Assembly: GCF_021869535.1 (NCBI RefSeq)
Contig: NW_026262723.1
Span: 17,484,001-17,548,000 of the forward strand
Source of the DNA: Mytilus californianus
Taxonomy: Eukaryota
DNA: 64,000 bases
Reading direction: 5' to 3'
Shown here: one piece after another, positions 26,801-39,118 of the stretch
How the letters are laid out: every line of letters begins with the position of its first letter
How positions within the stretch are numbered: the first letter of the stretch is position 1
Notes under the pieces: generated by a model
Told to the model about the DNA's origin: nothing
Seen by the model: only the letters and a program-made list of their open reading frames with translations
The model's database searches: none
Position numbers and translations under genes: made by a program

Positions 26801-28761
26801 TCGTATGACATTATATCAATTGAACCGAAAATCAAGAAAAGATTAAAGAAAAATACGAGTCAAATTGGTATTACTCTACTTCACACTTGACATAAAAGTG
26901 TTAATGTTTAACAGATTTTGTGCTTGTGAAATTATTTCAAATTCATTAAAAAAAGTTGTATAATTTTTCTTCTATGAATGTGCCATAAATATAAATGTCT
27001 TTGACGTATATCATTATCGTATATCAATTTGGTTTCAAAGGTCACAATGTATGCCCACGTGTATCGTTTGCCCGTGAGAGTCATGAAACCATTAACACAA
27101 CAGCAGAAATGTCATTCGGACGGTCACGTGTTATGTTCGGATTAGTGCGTCCGTACATTACCCACAATTAGAGGTTGCAGTCACAGTAGTTTAGTAATGT
27201 TTCATACTCTGAAAAAAAGATCATGTAATTTGTAACATATTTCCAATTATCTTGATTTCAGTATGACTTTCTTTTCAATAACATGTTATCAACTGAATAA
27301 TTATATCAATATCATATTGATAATTCCTTTTTGTTTAAATAATTGACAAACGTAGAAATCAAAATAAATCTTATCTTCCACAATTATCAGTACAAGTTTT
27401 TAAATCAGCTTTAAAAACATTCATTGGATTAGTTTAAGATACAAAATATATTTCAAAGTAATTTCTTGGTTTAACTTCTTAGTTTAATAGCAATTAACTG
27501 AGAACATTTGATTCAAGGGAAGTAACTTTTTGTAAGAGATATCAACTCGAGGTATTAGTTTAGTATACTGATAATTTACATGAAAATGCTTTTATCTTTG
27601 AAAATATCATAAATCCATTAAGAAGATACAAATCAAGGTAATCTAAAGATCTAAGACTCCACAAATATGCAGTGCATGTGCAGTATACGTAGTATCTCCT
27701 TATGCTATAGACTTATTGATGTTTTCGTCATTCTTTAGAAAAAATATTTTATATATACCCATTTGGTCTGCTAGTGCAAATTATGTAAATTGAACATCAT
27801 GAAAGTGTCTGCAGGTACATATTATTCAAATCTAACTATATATCATCCATCACAATTAAACCATTGATACAAGTGGTATTCCTATTCATTTTACAGAATA
27901 GAACGTTTTCCTCAGAGACCATCTTAGTTGAACGTCCATTTATTTAATGGAGCGATGAACTTCAATTTCAGGACAGGGAATATCTTTGTATTTGTCTTTA
28001 ATAAGATGAGTAAGCAATGAGATTCTTAAATGATGCTTCACAAAATACTTGGTATTCAAAGAATCTAATGTGGTACAATGTAGATAAGTGGCAAATAAAA
28101 AATGGAACCAGTACGGAAATAGTGTAACACTATGCTGCATTGGATCCTATGAACAATGTCTGTTCTTTATTGAGGCTTTAAAAGCTTCCATCCAAAACTG
28201 TAAAAAAAATTCTCATCACTTTTAAAAATTGATATTTTTTTTCCTTTTAACCGGAATGTCAAGTAACAAATTAACTTACAGAAAATAGATTAATGCCATA
28301 TATGTCTTATTTATTTTTCTGTAAATTTACTCTTAATTGCAATAATGCGACGTATGGTGACCATCGACGAAATCTTAAGAAATGCAAGAAATTCATATAT
28401 TCCCTATACTCTATTTCTTTTCTTGTATTTCTAACAACTCTTCCCTAAATTATCATGTCAAAATTGTCTTTGTTTCGTACATATAGCGGTATTTTTAACT
28501 TTTCCCGTCGTATTCTTTCCGTGCTTTTGTGTTTGTAAACAAATGATAAAAACCATTAAAATCAATGACGACTGGCTGATTCGCATTAAAAGCAATCAAG
28601 TTAATAACAAAAACAGAATTGTATATATGTATTCAATTCCATCGCAATCAAAAAACAAAAACAAAAACAAACAAACTTAGATTTTTCTCCATTTTTTGGT
28701 AAATGTAACATATGTGTACTGTTTATTGCTGATTTGTGTTATTAGTAGGAATCCGATTGTT

Positions 28762-28830
28762 TGGAAAAGAGAGACGAAAGATACCAGAGGGACAGTCAAA
28801 CTCATAGATCGAAAACAAACTGACAACGCA
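28762..28830 (-). mobile_element. Short PLE family C terminal fragment
   Basis: AAAAGAGAGACGAAAGATACCAGAGGGACAGTCAAACTCATAGATCGAAAACAAACTGACAACGC, near-identical to 14207-14270 and 44527-44590. Confidence 0.8.
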
Positions 28831-28980
28831 ATTAGATTAATAAATATATTATCTTATCATGATATGTCAGTTTCTCTGACAGTTTTAACTATGAAACAAA
28901 ATATCGAAAGATTGTATGTATATATGGGATTTTTTTTATGAAGTCTACGTTTGATTTTGTCATTTTTTCTGGACATCCCC

Positions 28981-30492
28981 TTTTTAGCTCACCTGGCCCA
29001 ATGGGCCCGGTGAGCTTTTCTCATCGCTTTGCGTCCGTCGTCCGTCGTCCGTCGTTGTCCGTTAATTTTTACAAAAATTTTCTCCTCTGAAACTACTGGG
29101 CCAAATTTTACCATGATAAGCACAATCATTATTGGGGTATCTAGTTTAAAAAATATGTCCGATGACCCCGCCCGCCAACCAAAATGGCCGCCATGGCTAA
29201 CAATAGAACATAGGGGTAAAATGTAGATTTTGGCTTATATCTCTGAAACCAAAGCATTTAGAGCAAATTTGAATATTATTATAGATAGAGATAAACTGTA
29301 AACAGCAATAATGTTCAGCAAAGTAAGATCTACAAATAAGTCACCATGACCAAAATGGTCAATTGACCCTTTAAGGAGTTATTGCCCTTTATAGTCAATT
29401 TTTAACAATTTTTTGTAAATTTTTGTAATCTTTTACAAAAATCTTCTTCTCTGAAACTACTGAGACAAATTTAACCAACCAACCAACATGGCCGACATGG
29501 CTAAATATAGAACATAGGGGTAAAATGCAGATTTTGGCATATATCTCTGAAACTAAAGCATTTAGAGCAAATCTGGCGCAGTAAAAATGTTCATCAGAAT
29601 ATGATCTATCTGCCCTGAAATTATCAGACAAATCAGACAACCCGTAGTTGGGTTGCTGCCCCTGAATTGGTAATTTTGCAGTTTTTGGTTATTATCTTGA
29701 ATATTATTATAGATAGAGATAAACTGTAAACAGCAATAATGTTCAGCAAAGTAAAATCTACAAATAAGTCAAACATGACCAAAATGTCAATTGACACCGT
29801 AAGGAGTTTTTGCCCTTTATAGTAAATTTTTAACAATTTTTTGTAAATTTTTGTAATCTTTTACAAAAATCTTCTTCTCTGAAACTACCAAGACAAATTT
29901 AACCAAACTTGGCCACAATCATCATCAGGGTGTGTCCGATGACCCCGCCTACCAACCAACATGGCCGACATGGCTAAAAATAAAACAAAGGGGTAAAATG
30001 CAGGTTTTGTCAATTATTTTTTGAACCGTTATAAATAGAGAAAATCTGAAATGAGCAAAAATATATTTAGAATAATGAGCTCTACAAATTGTCCATATTC
30101 GTCAAAACTATTAGACAAATTCTTATTTTTTTCCGTTATGCGTTATATGATTTAAATTATATTAGATAAATAGACACTTTAAATCACAAAAATGATCAGC
30201 AAGGCAAGATTTATTAAAAAGTCAAATTTTGCCGATATAGTTAGTAGACTGTCACTCTTCATAGGAGTGATTGTCCTTAAATGAGGATTTGTTTACCCTC
30301 TTTTGTGTTTTGAGCAAAAACTAAAGAAGACAGAAAGAAACTAAACAGACTTAAAGATCAGTAATACAAGATCAACAAAATAGAGTTTTTTGTCATGAAG
30401 TCTATTCACGTCTATAATGTTGGAGAGTGTCCTTTGTTTGGTATGCATATAGACCACGGTGAGCGACACAGGCTCTTTAGAGCCTCTAGGTT
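28981..30492 (-). mobile_element. Helentron/pearl-like HINE (same family as 3174-3837, reverse orientation) with ~370-430-bp internal tandem cores
   Basis: Palindrome AGCTCACCTGGCCC..GGGCCCGGTGAGCT and a (CGTC) tract at the left, GGTGAGCGA..AGGCTCTTTAGAGCCT hairpin at the right. Core anchor ACAAAAAT..TCT..TCTGAAACTAC at ~29071, 29435 and 29863. Confidence 0.85.
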
Positions 30493-30711
30493 AATTAACC
30501 TTTGATTTCGGTATTTTAGTTAATGCTTTTTTGTTGGTATGATTTGTTAAATAAAAACAAGTATTTTCACAAAATTAGCTTTATGTTAAACTTTATGAGA
30601 ACATTAGGTAGAGTGAAATAATGCTAAACCTTAACATGACCTGAGTGCTTAGAACGTCTGTAGTAAATTTTGGTATTACTGTTTAATTCATTCACAATTT
30701 GTCAAGAAGGG

Positions 30712-31425
30712 GCGACGAGAAACTGACAACGCCATGGCAAAAAAAAAGGAAACTGACAACGCCATGGCAAAAAAAGAGAAACTGACAACGCCATGGCAAA
30801 TAACGAGAAACTGACAACGCCATGGCAAACAACGAGAAACTGATAGCGCCATGGCAAACAACGAGAATATGACAGCGCCATGGCAAATAACGAGAATATG
30901 ACAGCGCTATGGCAAACAACTAGAAAAAGACAGCGCCATGGCAAAAAAAAATACAGAAAAAGAAAACGCCATGGCAAACAACGAGAAAATGACAGCGCCA
31001 TGGCAAACAACGAGAAACTGACAGCGCTATGGCAAACAACGAGAAAATGACAGCGCCATGGCAAAAAAAATACAGAAAAAGAAAACGCCATGGCAAACAA
31101 CGAGAAAATGACAGCGCCATGGCAAACAACGAGAAACTGACAGCGCCATGGCAAAAACAAAACGAGAAAAAGAAAACGCCATGGCAAACAACGAGAAACT
31201 GACAGCGCCATGGCAAACAACGAGAAACTGACAGCGCCATGGCAAACAACGAGAAACTGACAGCGCCATGGCAAACAACGAGAAAATGACATCGCCATGG
31301 CAAAAAAAACGAGAAAAAGAAAACGCCATGGCAAACAACGAGAAACTGACAGCGCCATGGCAAACAACGAGAAACTGACAACGCCATGGCAAACAACGAG
31401 AAACTGACAACGCTATGGCAAAAAA
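30712..31425. repeat. ~29-bp minisatellite expanded inside a PLE family C tail
   Basis: Unit GAGAAACTGACAGCGCCATGGCAAACAAC, roughly two dozen copies with variant units. It explains the ORFs at 30692-31453. Confidence 0.95.
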
Positions 31426-31856
31426 CGAAAATCATCAAAAATAAAATGTCCACAAAACACTACATAAAAAATTAAAGAATGAGCAAGATGAATTCAAACA
31501 AAAATCGAATATGATTTTTATTGCTCTCAAAAGGGTTAGCTGTCAAGTTTCGATGAGTTTTGAGTTTTACATATGCTGTAGAGACTTTACTGTTGTCGAA
31601 GACAGTATGTTACATGTAACCTTTAAATGTCTTAAGTATAGGCTTTATTTTTTCTGTTCGTTTGTCGTTTTTGTTTTAGCTATACCACTCATCTAATTTT
31701 ATTAATTATGTATGTATGTAACATATGTATTTCTGTCAAGAAGGTATGGAATATATCCTATCTATTGATTTTAGATACACATATGAAACGTTATATTCTT
31801 TGAATACGATTAGTAAATTGACTCATGAATGTAGTGAAACGTCAGAATACTTGATT

Positions 31857-32052
31857 CATCCAGCATTTTTGTCCATTAATGGCTTTTATATTAATCGACT
31901 CCTGTACGGAGCGGAATGTCAGTATAGTTGATCCATCCAGCATTTGTGTCTAGTAATGGCTTTTATATTAATCGACTCCTGTACGGAGCGGAATGTCAGT
32001 ATAGTTGATCCATCCAGCATTTTTGTCTAATAATGACTTTTATATTAATCGA
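31857..32052. repeat. 77-bp tandem repeat, ~2.5 copies
   Basis: CATCCAGCATT recurs at 31857, 31934 and 32011. Two copies contain the hairpin CTCC-TGTAC-GGAG. Confidence 0.9.
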
Positions 32053-32459
32053 ATACTGCTATCATTTAGACGGTTTTATCCTTTTAAAGCCAATATGATC
32101 CTAATCTAAACTTCTACCATATAGAGACTTCAAATACATCATCTTTCTATGAATACTCTTATTTGTTGTATATCGTCCATTCTGATGGATATCTTGGTAG
32201 TCATTTAGAATCAATGAATACATTTCTTCAAGTACTTTAATTTATTTCAACCCAACAAAATATTGCACATGAATATATATATGCCTTCAATTCAAAATAA
32301 CAAAAAACCTTTAATAATAAAAAATGTAAGACAATATAGTTTTCTGTCCCGAACACTGATATCCAGTGAAAGATCTTTTAATTAAAAGTTAAAAGAACAA
32401 TCGGACAACCTAGGCAGTTCCTAATGGATATTACAGTTCGTAAATTGTATTTTTTGATA

Positions 32460-33313
32460 TGGATATACAGCTTGGTATATTCGGTAACCTTTAATGGAAC
32501 ATGGGTATGTTTGATTAGGTTAAAGAATACAATGTAATTGTTAATGCCTACATTGGATATACAGCTTGGTATATTCGGTAACCTTTAATGGAACATGGGT
32601 ATGTTTGATTAGGTTAAATGAATACAATGTAATTGTTAATGCCTACATTGGATATACAGCTTGGTATATTCGGTAACCGTTAATGGAACATGGGTATGTT
32701 TGATTAGGATAAATGAATACAATGTAATTGTTAATGCCTACATTGGATATACAGCTTGGTATATTCGGTAACTTTAATGGAACATGGGTATGTTTGATTG
32801 GGTTAAATGAATACAATGTAATTGTTAATGCCTACATTGGATATACAGCTTGGTATATTCTGTAACCTTTAATGGAACATGGGTATGTTTGATTAGGTTG
32901 AATGAATACAATGTAATTGTTAATGCCTACATTGGATATACAGCTTGGTATATTCGGTAACCTTTAATGGAACATGGGTATGTTTGATTAGGTTAAATGA
33001 ATACAATGTAATTGTTAATGCCTACATTGGATATACAGCTTAGTATATTCGGTAACCTTCAATGGAACATGGGTATGTTTGATTAGGTTAAATGAATACA
33101 ATGTAATTGTTAATGCCTACATTGGATATACAGCTTGGTGTATTCGGTAACCTTTAATGGAAAATGGGTATGTTTGATTAAGTTAAATGAATACAATGTA
33201 ATTGTTAATGCCTACATTGGATATACAGCTTGGTATATTCGGTAACCTTTAATAGATTATAGGTATGTTTGATTAGGTTAAATGAATACAATGTAATTGT
33301 TAATGCCTACATT
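32460..33313. repeat. 95-bp minisatellite, 9 copies
   Basis: GGATATACAG recurs at 32461, 32555, 32650, 32745, 32839, 32934, 33029, 33124 and 33219. Confidence 0.97.
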
Positions 33314-33959
33314 CCTGTATCATGATCGGTCAAATATTATTTAAGATGTAGGTAGCAATACACAGTTAGGAAATAAACTTAAAATTGATACTCTTAATTT
33401 TTAACCATCTTCTTTTCTTACTTTCTAACAAATAAGGCTTATTGTTGGTGTCCTGTGTGTACATATGTATGGAAACAGCATCTTCTAAAGATTTGATTTC
33501 CAATAGTTAAAATGCCTATTTGGTGAAAACATGGCAACAATCTACATTTATTTGATACAAAATATTGCAAAACGGGAGGGGGTGTGAATATGTCACAAAA
33601 GTCCCCAAAATTGGTCCAAATTAGAACTTACTTCCATTTGAGTGATACCTTTTCTGAAACCATTAATATTCATCTATCATGAGGTCAAATAAAAATGCAT
33701 TTCACCTCATTTTTCCGTAAAATTGAATTAAAAAATCAAGAGTAAAATATTTGTTGGAAAACACTACAATAATTTCTATGGCCGGTATGAATGTGCAAAG
33801 ACGGTAGGTCATACAGAAAAACTACTATAAAACATGCAAAAAAAATCTTGATGTTCATATAAACACACTTTGAATTCTATATTATTTTTCAGCTATTTAA
33901 AACTCAATTTTATTGCACAACAACTTTCATATTTGAAAAATTCAGCAAAAATGCAAAAC

Positions 33960-36900
33960 TAAATTATTGCTACCTTAGTCGTGCTGATCTGTTATCTTTA
34001 ATAAAAAATAATGGCAGACATCAAGTATTATGCAAACTGGGTCAGATACCAATAAGTAAATTATATGCTATTTTTCTGGAGTGTGATAAAATTTCTTTTT
34101 TTAGCCCAATGTATGAATACACCCGTATTATTACAGCCTTTTGTCATCATAGGCTACATTTGTATTTCCTAGTATCGATAAACCTGAAAATCATAAACGG
34201 CATTTTCTTAAATTAAAATATATAAATAGAGGTCAATAATTGATTTTATTAACTTATCTAGTATATTCAATGACTCTACCATCCAAAGCCAAAAACCTCC
34301 ATATTTTGATAATATAGAACCACCTATTATTTCGTATTCTTATTAAAAAAAACCAGCAGAAGTTTGATTTTTAATTATACGTCAGTTTCATCAGACGTCA
34401 ATATAGAAAATAATGTTCCTTCCAATTGAGACTGTGAAACATCTAGTTTTAGATATGTTCCCTATGGTCATGTCCTTACAGGAGACCTCAACATCGTCTT
34501 AAGAAAAGACCTAAGTATCGTCCTCCATCCAAAATAGATTGGAAACAGTGTCGTCAGGTCATTAAAGACGCTCTGTCTGTCTACTGTAAAAATTGGTGTA
34601 AACGTGAAAAATCTGATAAAAAATCTCTAGACAGTTATTTGAACAAAATTATAAATACTGTTAATATTCGTATATCTCATTTTGAAAACAATTCTGAAAT
34701 TAGTAATAGGGTCCATGATATTCCCATTTCTAGAATAAAAAATAAACTCCAAGTACTCGCAAAGCGGTTTGTGTTCGTACCGGCAGACAAAGCAGCAAAT
34801 AATGTAGTGGTGGTGTGACGCATATACTACACGGAAGTTCTCCAAAACGAAATTACAAATTCATCTACATTCAGGTCCGTACGCTCCACAGAGAGTAAAA
34901 TTGTAAACAAGCATATCACTGCCACTACCCAGCTTAAAGCCTCTTCCGAACATTTGAAAGTTCCTACTATGTACTGGTTACCTAAATTGCACCAAAAAAC
35001 ATTTAAATTCCGTTTCATCTCCGCATCTAGTAAGTGTTCTACTACCAATCTATCAGTGCTTCTAACTACCTCCCTTACTACTATCAAAGAACTTGTTATT
35101 AACTTTTGTAATAAAGCTTATGAAAATAATGGTATTAACTATTTTTGGAGTGTTAAAAATTCTTTAGAGGTTTTAGATAAAATACATGCTGTTGATGGTC
35201 CTTTTAATTCTGTTGAGTTATGATTTGTCTACTCTCTATACTACACCTCTACACAATCTTATCAAGAAAAAGTTTTTTTATTTAATTAAATGGTCTTTTG
35301 AAAAATCTCATTTCAAATTTATTTGCTGTAACTCGTTTAAAGCCTTTTTCTGTAACGAAAAAGGAAAGTATGCTAGATACACTTACTGGAAATGTGAAGA
35401 TATGATTAAAGCTTTAAATTTTCTCCTGGACAACATATATGTACGTTTCGGCGATAAAGTGTATCGACAAGTAGTAGGTATTCCTATGGGCACTAACTGC
35501 GCCCCTTTAATAGCAGATTTATTCCTGTATTGCTATGAATCTCAGTTTATGACCAAACTCAGTAAAGACACGCCATTGTTACATATGGTTGATACATTCA
35601 ACAATACCTTCCGTTATCTAGATGATATTTTTTCGTTAAATAATCCAGAGTTCTCTAAATATACTACCGAAATTTACCCAATAGAACTTACTTTAACTAA
35701 ATCTAACATAAACAGCAGTAGTTGTTCTTTTCTAGATTTGGACATTTCAATCTCTAAAGAAAAACTCCATACGAAAATTTACGACAAAAGAGACGACTTT
35801 TCATTCCCTATTGTTAATTTTCCTTTTTAGACGGCGATGTTCCTTTGGCTCCATCATACGGTGTTTATATATCCCAACTCGTTCGTTATGCCCGTGTGTG
35901 TAGTGATGTCATAGATTTTAACGAACGTAATCAATGCATCACTGGTAAATTATTAAGTCAGGGATTTCGTGACCATAAATTACGTAAAACTTTTACTAAA
36001 TTATTTCATAGATACAAAGATTTGATTAGTAAATTTGGCTGTACCTGTAGAAAACTTATTAAAAACGGTATTTCACATCCTAAATTTTACGGTAATATTG
36101 TACTTAAAGCGCGGAAATCACTATGTGATCCGTGTAAACTCATCGAACCTTCAAACAAACTTATTAGTAAAGGTTATAATTGTTGTAATTAGATCTTTGA
36201 ATATAGTTTACATTGGCACTAATATCGATTTTGTCTTCAGCAAATTAAAACATAATTAAATTTGTATTCTTTTCAAACGGGATGTATAAAGACACACCCA
36301 CGATCATTTTGATCTATAAAGAGGTTAAACTCCTAACTAACCTACTGCCTGTCGATACATTTATTTTTGGCATTGCATAAGTCATGTCTTCTTTGACTGT
36401 CCATGACGTTAAAATACTAAATCCCTGGGATGTGTTTTAGTTGATTTTAGTCTCTGATGCATGATTTTTTATTATTAATTGTTTTTGGCTTTTAACTAGC
36501 TGTCAGTAACTGCTAGTACTCTCAAATCGTACTTTCTTGTTTATTTGACCTGTTGATACTAATTGTAATGTTTTTTTGTTTTTTAATGTTATTCGGGGTT
36601 ATATCTGGTCTATATATCAGCTTTGATAAGTGTTTGGTATTACTATAAATTTTCACTTCGTACTATGAACATCAAAATTATTTATTTTGTAAAAATATTT
36701 CCTTTCTCTATTTGAACTGTACACGTATACCTAACAACAAAATTATTTTGCATTTACCTGTGTTTAAAGTAATTGCAAATGGCTGATATTTTTGTTCGAA
36801 CATATTGTTTTTCTTAAATTTTTTAACATTTCATAGCGGTATAGCATGTTACTTTTATTATTCTTCCCTTAGTTATTTTGTATTTACATTGTATCATAGA

Positions 36901-37360
36901 TCAAATTTATTTGTTCAGTGTATGTTCACTGTTGTTAATATGTCCTTTGATTGAGTTAAGCCATTTCAGTTGATATTTTATAGTGTGTCTTTCTATGTTG
37001 TGATGTTACACTATTGTTTCAGATAAAGGGTGAAGGTTTGGTACCACTAAAACGTTTAAACCCGCTGCAATTGTTTGCACCTGTCCTAAGTCAAGAATCT
37101 GATGTTCAGTAGTTGTCGTTTGTTGATGTGGTTCATAAGTGTTTCTCGTTTCTCGTTTTTTATATAGATTAGACCGTTGGTTTTCCCGTTTGAATGGTTT
37201 TATACTAGTCATTTTTGGGGCCTTTATAGCTTGCTGTTCGGTGTGAGCCAAGGCTCCGTGTTGAAGACCGTACTTTGACCTATAATGGTTTACTTTTACA
37301 AATTTAGACTGGGATGGAGAGTTGTCTCATTGGCACTCATACCACATCTTCTTATATCTA
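33960..37360 (+). mobile_element. 5'-truncated, frameshifted Penelope-like retroelement, Naiad type, with long 3' UTR
   Basis: Pseudo-ORF from ~33960 to TAA 36257-36259: NGRHQVLCKL; KRHFLKLKYINRG; EPPIISYSY; N*DCETSSFRYVPYGHVLTGDLNIV; FVFVPADKAANNVVVV*R; MYWLPKLH; DLSTLYTT; GIPMGTNCAPLIADLFLY; FRYLDD; YDKRDDFSFPIVNFPF; PSYGVYISQL. No GIY-YIG follows the RT thumb. The element continues into the family A tail ending ...CATACCACATCTTCTT. Confidence 0.9.
36395..36452 (+). promoter_or_regulatory. Type II SECIS element in the PLE 3' UTR
   Basis: Helix I GACT/AGTC; ATGAC (36403-36407) opposite TGAT (36442-36445) forms the non-Watson-Crick quartet; 10-bp helix II GTTAAAATAC/GTGTTTTAGT; unpaired AA at 36419-36420; mini-helix ATCC/GGAT. 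Folded by eye only. Confidence 0.8.
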
Positions 37361-38639
37361 CTTATAAATGATTGGTTGATTGATTGGTTATATTTCAATT
37401 GATTAACGTCCAATGACAAGTAGGCCATATATATTCAGGGAGATAGCAATAAATGTTAAAGGTATGTTCTGTAAACTTCATGGTCGACCGGAATAAAGGG
37501 CCAAAATTTCCTACAGCCACTGAAAAATTATGGTATGGTCGATAGCGGCAGACTTTTTTCTTTGCAACAGGCCCAAAGACTTCACAATGTTGTCTGACTG
37601 GCTATTTACCATTTAGAGGGCATGACCTTTCAGTACACGCGTCATCAGATTTAATGATTCCATTTTGACCGCATTTGAATCCTTAACTATTCATCCCGCA
37701 CAGCCAAACGGCCGCACCCCATTATCACGAGTTTTACTTACTTCAAATTTCAATATCACAGACGACCAATTGGAATTTATATTCAACGAAATGAGAGTTC
37801 AAAATATCAAACACTTATAAGACAACGCCATGTAACTACCATGCGTCAGAAAATGTAACAGTAACGTATTTAACAGGTACAATGTAATGGGGGTGAAGTA
37901 ATTTCAAATATATATTAATATGCATTTCACTAATGTGACATCAATGTGTTTGACGTATATAATTGTCGTATATCCATTTAACTTTTAAATGTCAGGATTA
38001 ATAAATATATGTACTTTATTCATTTACGTAACTGACAAGTCACTGTCACGTTGTACAATGGTCGTGTGCTAAGTTCTAAATTGTGCGTCCACACATAACC
38101 AAAAATTTTCATAAGAATGAAGTTTGTACACACAGCTAATATTATTGTTGCAAAATCCGGACTAGGAACAAATGTTCAGTGGAGTAAATTGCATTCAATG
38201 GCAGTTGTTCAACAGGCTAAATTCAAATGCCTACCAAATTCCGAAACCCAAATGTTTGCCCGCATTTCAGTTTATCTGCTGTGACCTTGACCTTTGAACT
38301 TTTTACCCATTTATAAATATGATTAATCCACACCACATTTGGAATTACAGATCTAGGTTTTTTTTAATTTTGAAAATGGTTATAAAGATGACAGTTTATA
38401 CCAAAATGCTGTCCAAATTTCAGTGAATCAATATCTGCTCTGACCTTGATCTTTGACCTATTGACCCAAAAATTCTAACCTCTTGGTATATTATAGAAAC
38501 TTTGCTTGGTTATGAAATTTGTTTCATGAGATTACATTGGAACCAAAGTTTTTCCAAATATGCAGTTTTTCAATTGCTGCTGTGTCCTTGACCTTTGAGT
38601 TATTGATTCCATAGGTATTATGAAAATAATTCTCAAAGA

Positions 38640-39118
38640 CTTGTGTATTAGTTGATATTGGCTTTGAACTACCTTTCAGTAACTGCGGGTACTCTTAGAT
38701 TGGCACTTTGTGTCTTTTGACTTTAGGCTAGTTATTTTTGTGCTTCGTGCCGAATCAAGACATTTGAAACTAATTTTTATAGTTGTTCTTCTGTCGTGTT
38801 GTTACACCACTGTCCCAGGTTATGGGGTAGAGCCTTCACAAACGTGTTCAACCCCCGCCACATTATATATTCCGTGGTTGTCGTTCTTTACTGTTTGTCA
38901 TATTTGTTTTTATCGTTTATTGTTTTGTCATAAGACAGGACGTTGTGGGTTTTTTTCGTTTGAATTGTTTCACATTTTTTTCATGGGGATGGGGTTTAAA
39001 GCTGACTTTACGGTATGGGTTTTTTTTTTTTTTTTTTTGTTGAAGGCTGCACTGTGACCTATAGTTGCTTTAATCCGCTTGTTTCATTGTCAGTCATACC
39101 ACATCTCCTTATTTTATA
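38640..39118 (+). mobile_element. PLE 3' tail (family A)
   Basis: GGCTTTGAACTA..TCAGTAACTGCGGGTACTCT ... ACCACTGTCCCAGGTT ... CATACCACATCTCCTT, collinear with the 36490-37355 UTR. Confidence 0.8.

Noticed and set aside
30692-31453. Hydrophobic Cys/Trp-rich ORFs resembling membrane proteins
   Set aside because: They are translations of the 29-bp minisatellite cycling through frames.
32460-33313. CRISPR-like appearance of the regular arrays (also 61434-62742)
   Set aside because: Units are contiguous with no unique spacers, there are no cas genes, and the context is eukaryotic.
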